DNA of 64,000 nt from Utricularia gibba (taxonomy: Eukaryota > Plantae > Magnoliophyta): positions 5,146,001 through 5,210,000 of the forward strand of contig NEEC01000004.1 of the NCBI GenBank assembly GCA_002189035.1, written 5' to 3'. Both the position numbers and the translations under genes were made by a program. Below, piece by piece: positions 1-11,993 of this stretch (the stretch's first letter is position 1; each line of letters starts with the position of its first letter). Under the pieces are notes generated by a model, which searched no databases, had not been told where the DNA came from, and saw nothing but the letters and a program-made list of their open reading frames with translations.

Positions 1-1521
1 CTAAACTCAAAACAAAACTGGGGGCAACAACGGAAATAAATCTCATACGATCATAAAAACAGGGCAACAAGGCCACCAACCTTCCAAAATAAAGTGTCTT
101 GATAACGTAGGCGCTAAGCAGTCCAGCCTAAGATAAGAGAAAACAGTCAGGAAGAACCTAAATTGGGCAGCCCTCACAGAAAGACGAGAGAGAAAAGAAC
201 TCACAGCAACCCCAAAACTGTGCTGGTCGCAAACAGGTAGAAAAAATTTCCAACTAGCTTGAAGGCAATTTCGGTATTGATGTGAGAGAGGTCAAAATTA
301 TGGACAGCATTGAAGAGCACCACAGATGTTGCGTCATTTACAACACCTTCTCCGAATACTAGACTGTATAGCAATGGTGTTTCGTCTTGACTGAGAACCT
401 ACAGAATTAAAATCTCAAGTAAAAAATTTAAACGTCAAAATTAAAAGAGATAAAGTTACCTGCAACGTGCAGACTGAATCTGTGGCAGCAAAAATTGTTC
501 CAATGGCTGAAATGAAAAAAGTTCAGGAGATGATATGATGCGTTTCAACTTGAGAGATGTGCGACAGTGAAGTATATCATACCAAGATAGTCTCCAATAG
601 ATAAACCAAGATCCATTTTCCCGAAGATGGCAATGGATCCTAAGAAATGGATTTGAAATTTCAGAAACCAATACTTTGTAGAGATCAAATGAAAGAACAC
701 AAAAACCATGGAACATTATAGTTTCCATACCCAGGGATATCACTATGAAAGATATCAACGTCCCAACTGCACCATAGAGCATTATAGTTGAGAAGTTGCG
801 GAAAAAATGTTTCTTCTTAACCTGGAACCTGATCAAAGATTGACCCAAACAAAAGAAGTTAAATTAACCACAATGTCATGATAGAAGAAAATGCGAACAC
901 TCTAAAACAGTGATATACGATAACTCTGAATGTTGAACAACAAGAATGTGGAAAACGTCTGGGATATTTCCAACTAATTTCAAATGATGAAACGGGATGA
1001 TTTTCAGTGCACATGAAAGAATGTAAGCATGAAATTATATTATAATGGAAGAAGGTAATACAAAGGGAAAACCAAGCAGCTGTATCGTAAAGCATATGCA
1101 GTGTCTGAGCTACGAAAAATTACCCCGCATTAAAAATGATAGGCGGTAGCAAGTAAATGAAGAAAAGGTCCTCGCTGAATACCAAGAGGTGCGAGCTTTT
1201 CCCGCCACTTATCAACAGAATAACAACTCCTGTTCCTACACCCTTTTTGGTAAAAAGCAGTGGTCATTTGTAGTTGGCGAGAAAAATATACTAAAAGATA
1301 CAAGTCTGTGCGTGCACAAAAGCTTGGCAGCATACCACTATGAGAGCTGTTATAGATTCATTTAACCATCGATGTTCTTCAAGTAGATGACCAATGACAA
1401 TACATCCAGAAAGAAGAGTGATAAATAAGGTTATCGACACCACTGAAGCATAATCAGATGTTGACACAGCATTCATCATCTCAAGCATTGATCCCGAGGT
1501 GAACCCCATGCCATCCACCAA
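1..1521 (-). CDS. NHX: Vacuolar Na+(K+)/H+ antiporter, NHX1-4 class; 5' part only, gene continues beyond the left edge
   Basis: Spliced reading from ATG 1521: MVDGMGFTSGSMLEMM...IVIGHLLEEHRWLNESITALIV / GVGTGVVILLISGGKSSHLLVFSEDLFFIYLLPPIIFNAG (amiloride-site motif) / FQVKKKHFFRNFSTIMLYGAVGT / AIGTIFAATDSVCTLQ / VLSQDETPLLYSLVFGEGVVNDATS (205-398) / AGLLSAYVIKTLYFGR (81-127). GT-AG junctions. Confidence 0.96.
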
Positions 1522-2039
1522 CTTAAACAGGAAATTTTGCAGATCTCAGCAGTAAAAGACTCTTCCTGAAAAATACGATAAAATCACCTTAAAAGACAGG
1601 GAATTCAACACCCCCCCTGTTTCAACTCAAACATCCCATACATAGACGCAGTTCCAAAACACACAAAAAAAGCCTTTACCCATTTATATATAGCAACTCA
1701 TATTACATCTATCTCAACTTTCTATAAATGACAAGGAAAATTCATTATATGAAGGGGCGAGTGGTATCATCTTAGATCAGTTTAATTGTTCCATTTCCGT
1801 AAATTCACATGAGCTACCGGTTATCTACCGGATCACGCGTTTACAAAAGGCGAGATTAGAACGCAAGAAAGCTTAAGTTCACATCGCCGAAAACATTGAA
1901 GAACTAAAAAACCTCCAACTCCCAGAATCTCATCTCACCAGCGACCGCAAAACAAACAAGCGAAGGACGTCTGCCCCTTCCACCAACACAATACAAATTC
2001 AACCTGTAAACTTCCCGAGGCAGAAAAAAACGGCCTCCT

Positions 2040-2490
2040 CTATGCACAGATACAACAGAAAAACTTCAAAATCCCGGTTTCTTGTTTTCCGGAGTAAATA
2101 CGGCGGAGACGGCCCCAATCAAGGAATCGGATCACAGTTTTCCTGAAATTAATGTAGCAGCGTGTGACGGAGAAGAAGGTGGCTGGCCCTAAATTTATAA
2201 TACCGTTGTGTTGCGCAAGATTGCCCCCGATCTCCCTGCTAACGAAATGACACGTGGATGGCTGAGATGGAGTTTACTAAACATTTCGTCGTCGCATACG
2301 TATTCCACCTGGATTACTGAGCCCTGGCCCACCAACAGCTTTTTTCCGGCCCAGGATTTTTTTCATATAGGCCCATTAAGGCGGCCCATTATTACAATCA
2401 GACAACTGCCATAAACGAGAAAAATTAGAAATAAACCTTTCAAAACGTTTTTATTATTAACTTTTTTAGTTGTTCTGTAAAAATACATTC
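2040..2490. promoter_or_regulatory. Probable bidirectional promoter between NHX (-) and the zinc-finger gene (+)
   Basis: Four GGCCCA site II elements at about 2326, 2348, 2370 and 2383; TATA-like TTATAAAT on the minus strand near 2193-2200; head-to-head gene arrangement. Confidence 0.5.
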
Positions 2491-3377
2491 GAATGGCGGA
2501 AACTCGTTGTGGGAAGAGATGCAACATGTTGATGGTTTCTCTACGATGAGAATTTCTCCGCGAGCATCGAGTTTGATTTCTATTTTCCCAATGGATTTCC
2601 GTTAAGACAGTGGTGATATCTGGGAAATGTTCTGTGGATCAGGTATTGACGCGGTAATGAGGCCGGAAAATTGTTGGTTCATTGTGTTTATTGATGATGG
2701 TTTAGTCGGTGTTATATATTGGAATCTTGTTAATCGTTCATCAAACTGCGGTTGTTATCCTTGTTTACTTACATTTTGATTCCACTTATGGATATGCTTC
2801 GCTGTAGAGCAACGTGTAGTTCTCAAATCTCAATGCAGTTTAAAAGTGGGGGTTCTTGAATTTTTTTTGTGGAAATTACGGCGTGGTATTTGGTCTTATA
2901 AAACTGGGATCGGCCTTTGTGAGTTTAATGCTAGTGTATGCATTTTCTAAAATGTGGGTTTTTCCAAGTATGTATCTTTCGGGCTTCATTTCGGAGATCT
3001 AGCTTTCAAAAGTATTCGGTGCAAAGGATACATATATGTATAATCGTATGCATTCGCATTATTTCATGTTGAGAAATCATGCATGTAACGGCGACCTGAT
3101 TTTTTCCTTGGCGTATCTTTTGTTGCAATTTCTTGTTTTCTCTCTTCCTATTGTTGCTCTATCCATGATGTTGATTATGTTCATTTTTTTTTGTAGTGAA
3201 CTTGAGATCTACACAACGGCTTCATTTGACTGGTGTGGCTTTTGGCTACGGAGAGATAGCCTCACCCTGTAACAAATGTCCTTTGTCTTTTCACTGAAGA
3301 AGATATATTGGTGATTTGTGGTATGATCGAAGATCTGCTGCTAGAGTTCGAAGAGCTTAAAAGTTTTCAGTTTTTTG

Positions 3378-6065
3378 ATGGTATGTGGTGCTGGAAGAGG
3401 AAAAATGTCAGCCTTGACAAGGCACCTGGATACTAGAAGTGTTTCTCAGGGTTTAACAGGTAAAAGTTTGAGGCCATCTAAGGATTACCTAATGTTTCCT
3501 TGTATCCTATGTTCTCTGATCTCCTCACATGGGGATTCCACCATAATTTTTTACATCAGTGAATTTTTCTCTATGTTATTCTACCGTAGAGGAAGCGGGG
3601 CAGCAGAAGCTAACTGCTCAGGATGTGAGAAGCAAATTACTAGATGCTCATGAAGCGAACTTGCTCGATGAAGAAGGTTTGAGATATAGATGAACTACTG
3701 AAAGACCCTGCTTAATCTTAAGGGGCCATGAAAATATAGCAATCATCTTGAGAAAGCGTCTGTAGCAATCATATAGCATTCATACTGGCTCAGACAATAG
3801 GGAGTGCCATCTATCATTTCAACATAATTAGATTGCTGTGCAAATTCCCCATGTTTTGGCTTGATTGGAACTCTACCTAATTGTTGTTGTCTTCATCTCG
3901 TAGATATGGATATCTTTGGCTTGAGGCCGATGACTGATCCTCTACATTTGGTAAGCTTGTAAATTTTACTATTATTTTATTGAGAGGATATGCCAGAACA
4001 CACTGTTGTATGTCAATGTGTCTTGATATTTTGAGATGTGGTTACAAAAGAAGAAAAAACATCTCATGTAGAACATCTTCGAGAGACTCTCCTCCAAGAT
4101 ACGAAAAATAGTAATAATTATCTTTGTTTTGTAGGTATGCTGTAATGCCTGCAAGAAGCCCATCAAGGCGAGCCAGTATGCTGCACATTCAGGTATCCTT
4201 TTTCTTTCTCTTCTATTTGTTGATTAGATTTGGAGATTCTTAGCTTTATTTTTGTTATTATTGATTTGTTTCCCTATAATTAGAACAAGACTTGTCATTT
4301 TAACGTCTGCTCAATCTCTGTTGCTCGTATTCATCAAAAACACGTTGTATTCTCCTCCTAAAGGGATCCTAAACGCACTTTGCTTCTCCAAACTTTTCAG
4401 ATTTTTGTAAGTCATTAAGCTCTGCAGCAATAATCAGCATGGGAAACGCAGTTGATGGGACACCTCAACGGAAAGAGCGGAAAAAAATATTAAATGCACG
4501 CAGGAGTATCCTTCACCCATTCAGCATTTGATGTGGTTTTTTGGCGTTCCTCAGTTCTTCGAAAATGAAGTTCTGAGTAATATCTTACCGAGTAGCTTCA
4601 GGCATTTGATCTGGGATAGGTGGTTATTCCGCAAAGTTGTGGCATAAAATTCTTAACCTATGAAAGAAAAAGCTTCTTCATCGCGAGAGCCTAGAAAATT
4701 CCATTCTGTGAACTCTGGTGACATGGCTGCTCCACAATGTGGTTTAGATAGGCAGATTCAAATGGCTTGTTCGGCTGAAGAAAAATGTACTCTCTTACTT
4801 ACCTTCACCTCTTATCTTCCTGTTAGTTTTTACAAACTGTAGTTTGTTAATATGCTACTTGCACGTATGAAATTGGCAAGATAGTCGTACTGATATCATC
4901 TTCCGGGATTAAAGTGGTTTATTTGTTATTGTTCATTATTGTGATCTTACCCATTTCTTTCTTATTGCAGTAAAAGTGTGTCACGGTTTAACTCCAAAAT
5001 CAAGTGATCCACCCCAAGGTAGGTGGAGTACGAAAAGTGCAACAGATGCAACAAAACCTTCGGTGAAACCGGTCAATGGGTACTTTTTTATGCATATGCT
5101 TTCTTCTTTGCTTTTCAAAGAGAATATATACTTGTGTCCAATTTTTCTGTATTTGATTTATAGATTTATGCGTGCCTTGATGTTTTTCTGGTGAAGGCTA
5201 TTGAAAGAGTAACAGCTTTGCTGATGTATGTCTGTTAGGATGACTGTTGAGAATTCACAAAACACAGATGCTACAAGCTCTTGCAGGAAAGTCGAGGTTC
5301 TTCCGTGTATGTTTCTTTATCCTATTAGACTAGTGAATAGACTGACATGGACTGACTAGTATTAAGCCTGGAACTTGCTTGATTCTCTCTCCTTTATGCT
5401 TATCTTATCCTATAGAGAGGTTTTCCATTGCTGTTGGCAGGGATAAATTCCGTCATAACATCCAGTTTTTTAAAACAATCAGATACTCTGACTCCGCTGG
5501 CAACGAAAATTTATTATTCCCAAAGGACTCATCATCTCCGTACAGCCATCAGGCACATGTTCTTCGAGAGCTCGAAAAACGAGTCTAGCCCTGGGTTCTC
5601 AAATGTAGATGCATTACAAGTATACGTGGACACCCAGGTCAGTTTGTTGGTAGAGACTGCTTATTTCACCATAAAAAAACATTGCTTTATGGAACTAATC
5701 ATGGATATGCATCAGTTCAACTTGTGTTATGTGGGATTTAAGCATTGGCAGCAATGATGTTTAACGTATTCGAACATCAGTTGTGGCTTTATCATATGCT
5801 TGCTCAGGAACACAGCCAGGCACCTGATCAAATTCTCGCATCAAGCTCAGAGGCACACAAAGGCGAATCATCCGGAGTTGCCCATCAGCCCATGATGACA
5901 ACCAGCTTGCGTCGCACTATCAACGAGGGCGCAGCATCTTGCAACCCAGATCCTTATTCTTTCATTAGCAATTCAGGTAACCAAATCTCAGCATTCGAAA
6001 CCCCCCCTACCCCTCAACTGTTCTCAGCATCATCTGATGCAGGAACCTACCTCTCTAATGGCTGA
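3378..6065 (+). CDS. Uncharacterised multi-exon protein with a C-x2-C-x11-H-x3-C zinc finger resembling the ataxin-7/Sgf73 N-terminal (Sgf11-type) finger
   Basis: In-frame exon chain: 3378-3459 MVCGAGRGKMSALTRHLDTRSVSQGLT; 3590-3676 EEAGQQKLTAQDVRSKLLDAHEANLLDEE; 3904-3950 DMDIFGLRPMTDPLHL; 4135-4192 VCCNACKKPIKASQYAAHS; 4401-4505 DFCKSLSSAA...QRKERKKILNARR; 4667 onward KASSSREPRK...; 4971 onward; about 5440-5637 PLATKIYYSQRTHHLR; last exon ending ...GTYLSNG* at 6065. The middle exon boundaries are less certain. Confidence 0.85.
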
Positions 6066-6720
6066 TGGAGGGAGGGAAGTGTCCCTGCTGTACAAACAAG
6101 ACTCCTCAAGAAGAATTTTGCTTGGTGAAGCTCACTGCTCTGATTTTTTGAAGGCTATGGCTGCCTCCATATTTTAACCCTGACAAAACTAATCAAAGAA
6201 AGTTGCAGTACATATCAGCATAGCATCAGCCAATCTTGTAACCCCCTTTGGACACACATACATGATTAACTGTCATTATATGAAACAGCAGCCTGGGCTG
6301 AAGAATCATTACAAGTTATTTTGTTCGTTACCCGTGTCGGATACTCCTCACCCAGGACACGTTCTTTGCATCTTTTAGTATCACAAAAACCCCACAATTT
6401 TTGAGGTAATTCCCAGTAGTTTTAGACAAGAAACCACCGTGAATAGTCAACCATGTGGGCGGCGATGGTGTCGGTGAGTGGCGCCGAAAAGGACGTCATT
6501 TTAACGGACCATACAGCGTTCCGTTCTCTGGGTTTCATAGTTTCCTGGTTTTCTTATTCCAGGGGCTTGAGCTGTTTTCCTTCGATACCACTCACTCCAT
6601 GCCCCGTGCTTATCCTTTTCCCTGCTCCCATATAAGCAAAACCCACGACCAGATAGAATTCAACAGCAGGTAAATATCCTACCCGAAGCCGAAAGATCAG
6701 ATCTTTATCTATCAATCTCG

Positions 6721-6924
6721 ATGCTGGAATTGTTCTTCGCCGTCGCGTTTTCTGCAGTCCCGCTGACGCTGTACCTTCCCCCGATTAGGAGTTTGAATCT
6801 CTTCTTGGGGACAGTGGAGATGATGTGGAAGGAGAGCAGTGAGAGTACTCGGAGGATGTACCCTCGTTTGAGGTACGCGTGGAGCAGGATCTTCAATTGT
6901 ATGCTGTTGAGCGATGCCGAGTGA
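6721..6924 (+). CDS. Small 67-aa plant protein of unknown function with a hydrophobic N-terminus
   Basis: Single-exon ATG-TGA ORF MLELFFAVAFSAVPLTLYLPPIRSLNLFLGTVE...YPRLRYAWSRIFNCML. Resembles a recalled conserved plant small-protein family (ELFFAVAFSA.PLTLY.PP.RSLNLF). TATA-like CATATAAG near 6629. Confidence 0.75.
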   Translation: MLELFFAVAFSAVPLTLYLPPIRSLNLFLGTVEMMWKESSESTRRMYPRLRYAWSRIFNCMLLSDAE

Positions 6925-7329
6925 GTAGAAGAAGTTAGGCATCTGGGTTTTGTTTGTAAACCACGAACAATGGTGTTTTAGGGATCAATTTTGATCTGGG
7001 CTTTTCGTTGAACTGTAGTTAGAATCTTGTTGGTGGGTTTTGTACATCTTGGATGAGCAGTGTAGTGATCTATCAACCTTCAAGTTCTGTTTTTTAATGC
7101 TTTGGCAAGCTCTGATTTCATCAAATGGCCGCAACTACAGTAAGGCGATGCTTCTTCCCATTTGATAACTAGAACTGTTACATAAATGAGAAATCTTGAT
7201 GCATAAAATCTTCTAACTTTCACAAGGGGCATCATCATCTTCATCAATGGCAGATTTCATACTACGCTATTTACAATGCTAGGAGGTAAACGCAAGTGGA
7301 ACCTCGTTGCACTGTGGAACAATCCATCT

Positions 7330-9045
7330 TCATCTACTTAGCTCCCACCTCGACTCATGCGACTCCGGCGGCTGCGAAAGCGCCCGGACGAACCTCGTGA
7401 AGACCGGGAAATGCTCTGGGGAGAAGAAATAAGCCCCCATTCTTTGATACGTGAACATCTTAACTTCGGCAGACAGCTTCTTCTTCATCTGCTCAAAGCG
7501 GCCTGAGATTGTGGAGTTCTGGCCCGACACTTCTGTTCCATGTTTACTGCAACACGAGATGATCTGTGCAAGAAGCGCCTCAGGGTTCGACCGTGGCTGG
7601 CCTTCATCCGACAAATCGAAACCGGGGACGACAACCGAACATGAGTGCCTTGAAAACATCTCAGCAACGGCGTTGTAGCCATCTCTGCTGTCTGTGTTGT
7701 AGAAGCCGGCGGTGAGCTCCGAAGGGTGGCTCCGGGACTTGTACGTCGAGTGCATGAGAGGGATTCTGCCGGACAATGAGACGCCGGCATCCTTGAAGGT
7801 GGAAGCAGCTAGTGACAGCATCCTATCTCCATGTTGAATCAGCTGGTTTGAATACCAAGAAAGGAAGAATTCACCATATGGTGTCTCCCAGGATCCACCA
7901 TTTTCCGCAAAGAAGCCTCCGTAGAATGGACAGAGGTGATAGGCAGGGGCATCATGGGGACCCCCAAGTCCCCAGAGAGGATTCCCAGTCTTCTCTGCGT
8001 GATGCTTGAGGTTTTCAAGCATGTATTTGTCGTAACACTGGAACTCTCCACCGCCATTACGGTTCTTGCCGTTCACAGATGGGTATTTCAGCTCACCATC
8101 TGGTCCAAGACCAACAGAAACACCCTGCATACACAAGCAGCAAACTACTGATAAGATGCTACTCTCCATTATCCTTCATCTCAGAAGCTATTTGCAAGAT
8201 GCGCAGAAAATACATCTTACCGTGATGGTTGAACCAAAGAACGGTGAGAATGTAGATCTGAAGCTCCCAAAGAATTCTTCATACACCTCAAGTGGAGTCT
8301 TCCCATTCAAGACAGGAAGCTCATCTACTGCAAACGACAGAGAGTCCTTATAATGATGCCCTGCTCGGTCCTTGAAGTAGATATCGGAATTGGAAGCACC
8401 GATCTTGTCAACCCATTGAGGGAGTGGGATTTTAGCTTCCTGTGATCCATGGAAACATAAAGAAATTTGAACCTTGAGTCCCAGCTTTTGCAACAATTCG
8501 ACAATCGCCAGGTATCCTGTCCAATCGTACTTGGACTGAGCCTCGTTTTCGACTACTCCCCACCACAAGGGGAGTTCTACACCATCCACTCCGAGTAATT
8601 TCAAAGCTTTCAGGCCAACAGAGATTGCTCGCTCATGGTTTATCTTGTTGGAGATGGAAACAGTATCCAACGGAAGCCCCACGAACAATTTCACCGATTC
8701 ATTCTGCAAAACAACAGGAAACAAGCAGGGTAAGCAAAATGTTAAAAAAAAAGGGATGCCCTCTTCTTCCAAAGAAACAAGACTCACAGGAAAGGTCTCC
8801 GATATCTTTGATGCCTTTTCAGAAACAAGCGGTTGTGCTTGGGAAGAAGCAGATGCGGATACTCTGAGGGAGAAGCCACAGGCAGATCTCGAAAAGCACA
8901 AATTTACTAGACCACAACCGAAGCCAGATCTCTTCAGTTCATTTGCACCGCCCAAATTCACAAGATTCCTGCTAAAGCTACAAACACCAGAATCATCCCA
9001 CCTCCCAAGAGCCACCTGCGAGCTCCCACAAACAAAAACCTCCAT
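7330..9045 (-). CDS. BAM9: Catalytically inactive beta-amylase, BAM9 type (GH14), 3 exons with plastid transit peptide
   Basis: ATG 9045 (MEVFVCGSSQ); exons 9045-8788, 8703-8221, 8124-7330. Motifs KLFVGLPLD, GVELPLWWGVVE, VGLGPDGELKYPS, QCYDKYML, WGLGGPHDAP, FTYQRMGAYFFSPEHF. The GENAL motif reads SGQNS. Confidence 0.93.
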
Positions 9046-9594
9046 TTCACACAATAACCCGGATGAGAGAAGAACGCGAAGAAACGAGCAGGTGTGTAGA
9101 AGATAGAAATACCAAAAGATCGACCTTTATGGCCTTATCCGAATAGAAAAGGCCAAAAGGTTCAATCTTCCGGGGAAGTAAATGAAATCAGACACAAATT
9201 TTGTTTTGTGCAGCGGCTTACATAAGGATAGAATCACCTAATCCGGGTTATGAGTGAAAAACGGAGTAAAAGAAAATGCAACGGCCATGGCTCCTCCCCG
9301 TAGGAGAAAAAGCGCATAATCCATCATTTTCTTAAACGTCAAATTTTTGAAAAAAGGTTGAGATGTTGAACACTTTATTTCCTCTCACCCAACATCCGTT
9401 TAGTCCTAAACCCACGAAAACAATTTCCATTACAACCTCTGTCTTCTCCGATTAACACAACACCCACAGCCACACACCCGGTTAGATTCATCGGTAGATT
9501 TTTTTCATTTTTTTACTTTTTTACAGATATTTATGGACAAAAAAATCTGGATAAACAGTGGCCACATGACGCCGGTGGCTAATTTGGAACACGA

Positions 9595-9600
9595 CACGTG
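9595..9600. promoter_or_regulatory. G-box (CACGTG, in context GACACGTGTC) upstream of BAM9
   Basis: Palindromic GACACGTGTC about 550 bp upstream of the BAM9 ATG; function inferred only. Confidence 0.3.
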
Positions 9601-11993
9601 TCGACAGCCCACATACCCATGACTTGTTGCTGACTCAGATCCGCACACCGATTTCAAAAATAATTAAATTTAATTAAATGCCCAGGATAACGATTCCCAA
9701 TTTTCGAATTCAGACCACCACCTGCTTGTCGGTTTGTCCGCTCAACGTTTTGGAAAACTCCTGTCCATAAAAAAAATAAAGTTTTTTTTAGACCAGAAAA
9801 AATTAGCCGAAACTGATCAGTTCATTGGGAAGCGCGTCCAGAAGGTTCTAGATATAATGGATATCAATAGGCCCATGGGAGGTATGTATATGAATATTTT
9901 CAAAAGGCCCATTGGGCTGCAAGGCGGAATATATCAGAAAAATTGACTAGGAGGGCCTGGTGGACTGAAGACTGGACCGGGCTGAGCAGCAACAGGCCCA
10001 ATAACAGGCGGCGGAGGAGGTGGCGGCTCCGACGACCCAAAACCTGGCGCGGAAAACCCACGGCGATCAGTGAAGCACTCCTCTACGAGCCAGCAACAGC
10101 TGAAGAGGTAAACACTGGTGGAAAATAGAGAGTCAAGGATCCCATAACGAGGCCGAGTTAAGAGTTACTAACCAGGAACAGATACAGAGTACTCACTCAC
10201 CAGGAAGCTATGGCGGAGCACAAGGTGTGAAGAAAGGCGTTCCCCACGCCGGGTCTTCGCATGGGGGGGGGGCTCCATTCTCCTCGTAGCATGCTTCTTT
10301 CTGATGAATGCCTTGAGATTACCAGAAACCAGAAAGTTCTCAGAAATTAAAACGGGTACATGTTCAGGGTTTCCACCGACGGAGATCTGAGAGATACAAA
10401 AGCACACTGCGGCGGTGGGGTTTGACTTGGAGCAACGCTATCGTTATTCTCTGCATGGCATACGCGTGGATTTACTACTGATCACGTCTTGTTCTTTTTA
10501 CTTTTTTCTTCTTGCTGTTTCCATGAGAAGGGGATTTGAAGCTTTGGGATCACGGGCCTTGGAGGGGCAAGGGGGCTGTGTACGGATGACATTGGGTCGG
10601 ATCTCGGGTTATGGGCTGCAGGATACTGGCCCATGACCCGCTGCTCATCCCTCCTAGTTGATAAAAAGTTTTACGATGAATTAATTTACATAAAAATGAG
10701 AGATTTAAAATATAAAAATTAGAAAATTGATGGGGCACAAATAGGATTTGATTAATCGGTTATTGAAAAAGGGGGCCAAAAGGTGTTCTAGCGTAAGCCG
10801 ACAAATCGATAACTATCAAAGTTTATCAACGGCGATCATTGTGCATAGTTTGAAAAGTTATCGAATTATGGTAAGTATAGAACATGCGGCACTTATTCGA
10901 AAAGCAGGACTGCAGTACGTATAGTAATCGTAGAAAGCACCCGACACCTACAATACTCAAAATTCGATCAAATCAACATTTCTTATAAATACAAGAAACC
11001 CGTAAGAAGAAGAGGTTGGACTTCATGCTCTACATCTTGTATTTCTCCCTCTCCCTTTAATTGAGTGAAATCATTTTTTTCATCGAGCTCCAACAATTTC
11101 GTGGTTTTTCCGTTTTTCGATGGTTTCCACGTAAAAATACATGTCTCCATTATTTTTGTTAACCTAACTATACCAAGCATTACACTTGAACCTTTATCGG
11201 GTACGACTCATGTAGCTATATCCAAAACTCGAAAATCAGTCTTTGTATTAACACCAATTTTTGCACTCAACAAAAATATTATTCAAGAAAAAGTGATTAT
11301 GATATATTTAGTATAAAATCTTATAATTATATATATTAATATGAAAAAGTAAATAAATTTTAAATATGTTAATAATGCATTTTATTAACATAAAGTTGGA
11401 GGACACACGTGTAGCTGCCCGATTGGATACGCTCCGTGACTCGGGATTTATTTGATTTATTATTATTTCTGGGTTCTCTTTTTTTTTTTGGTTACCCGGC
11501 GGCGGGCAGCGCGGGCATTGAGTGATTACTACATGGGGCCCACACGGTGTTGGTGGTACCCTTTGGTGGGCCATTCCTTATCTAGAAGCACGACGCAGCA
11601 GGCATCGGTCCCTGTGGCTTTGGTATTCGTTAGAAATAATTCTAAACTACAATTCCGCCCCACGCATGTTTCGAAATTATACTTTGTTGCCTTAACTTTA
11701 CAAAACTTTTCCTTTGACCACACTGTAGGGGCGAATTTGTAGTTTTTGAAACATACGGGTACTGAATTGTCTCACTAGTCTGACCTATCCATCCGTTTTC
11801 GAAGTGACACGTGGCTGTTCCTAGTTGGGTATCTCTATAATATTTGTAATAATTGTGTCGAATTTTATGTAATAAATAATTAATAGTCCGATATTTAAAC
11901 GCAATTTTTAACATACTAAATACTACAATAAATAAAGATAGTAATGCATCAAAAAGACGAACGGACAGAGTCGGCGTCTACTCAAACATCATC

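Noticed and set aside
7451-9106. Plus-strand ORFs over BAM9 (for example 8645-9106, 153 aa)
   Set aside because: Antisense shadows of a well-supported coding gene, with no recognisable motifs. The same applies to shadow ORFs over CASPL, the glutaredoxins, HLS1, LBD and the peroxidase.
10168-10407. HVPVLISE resembling ribosomal protein S19 (HVPVFVT...VGHKLGEF)
   Set aside because: Only four residues match and the GHKLGEF core is absent.
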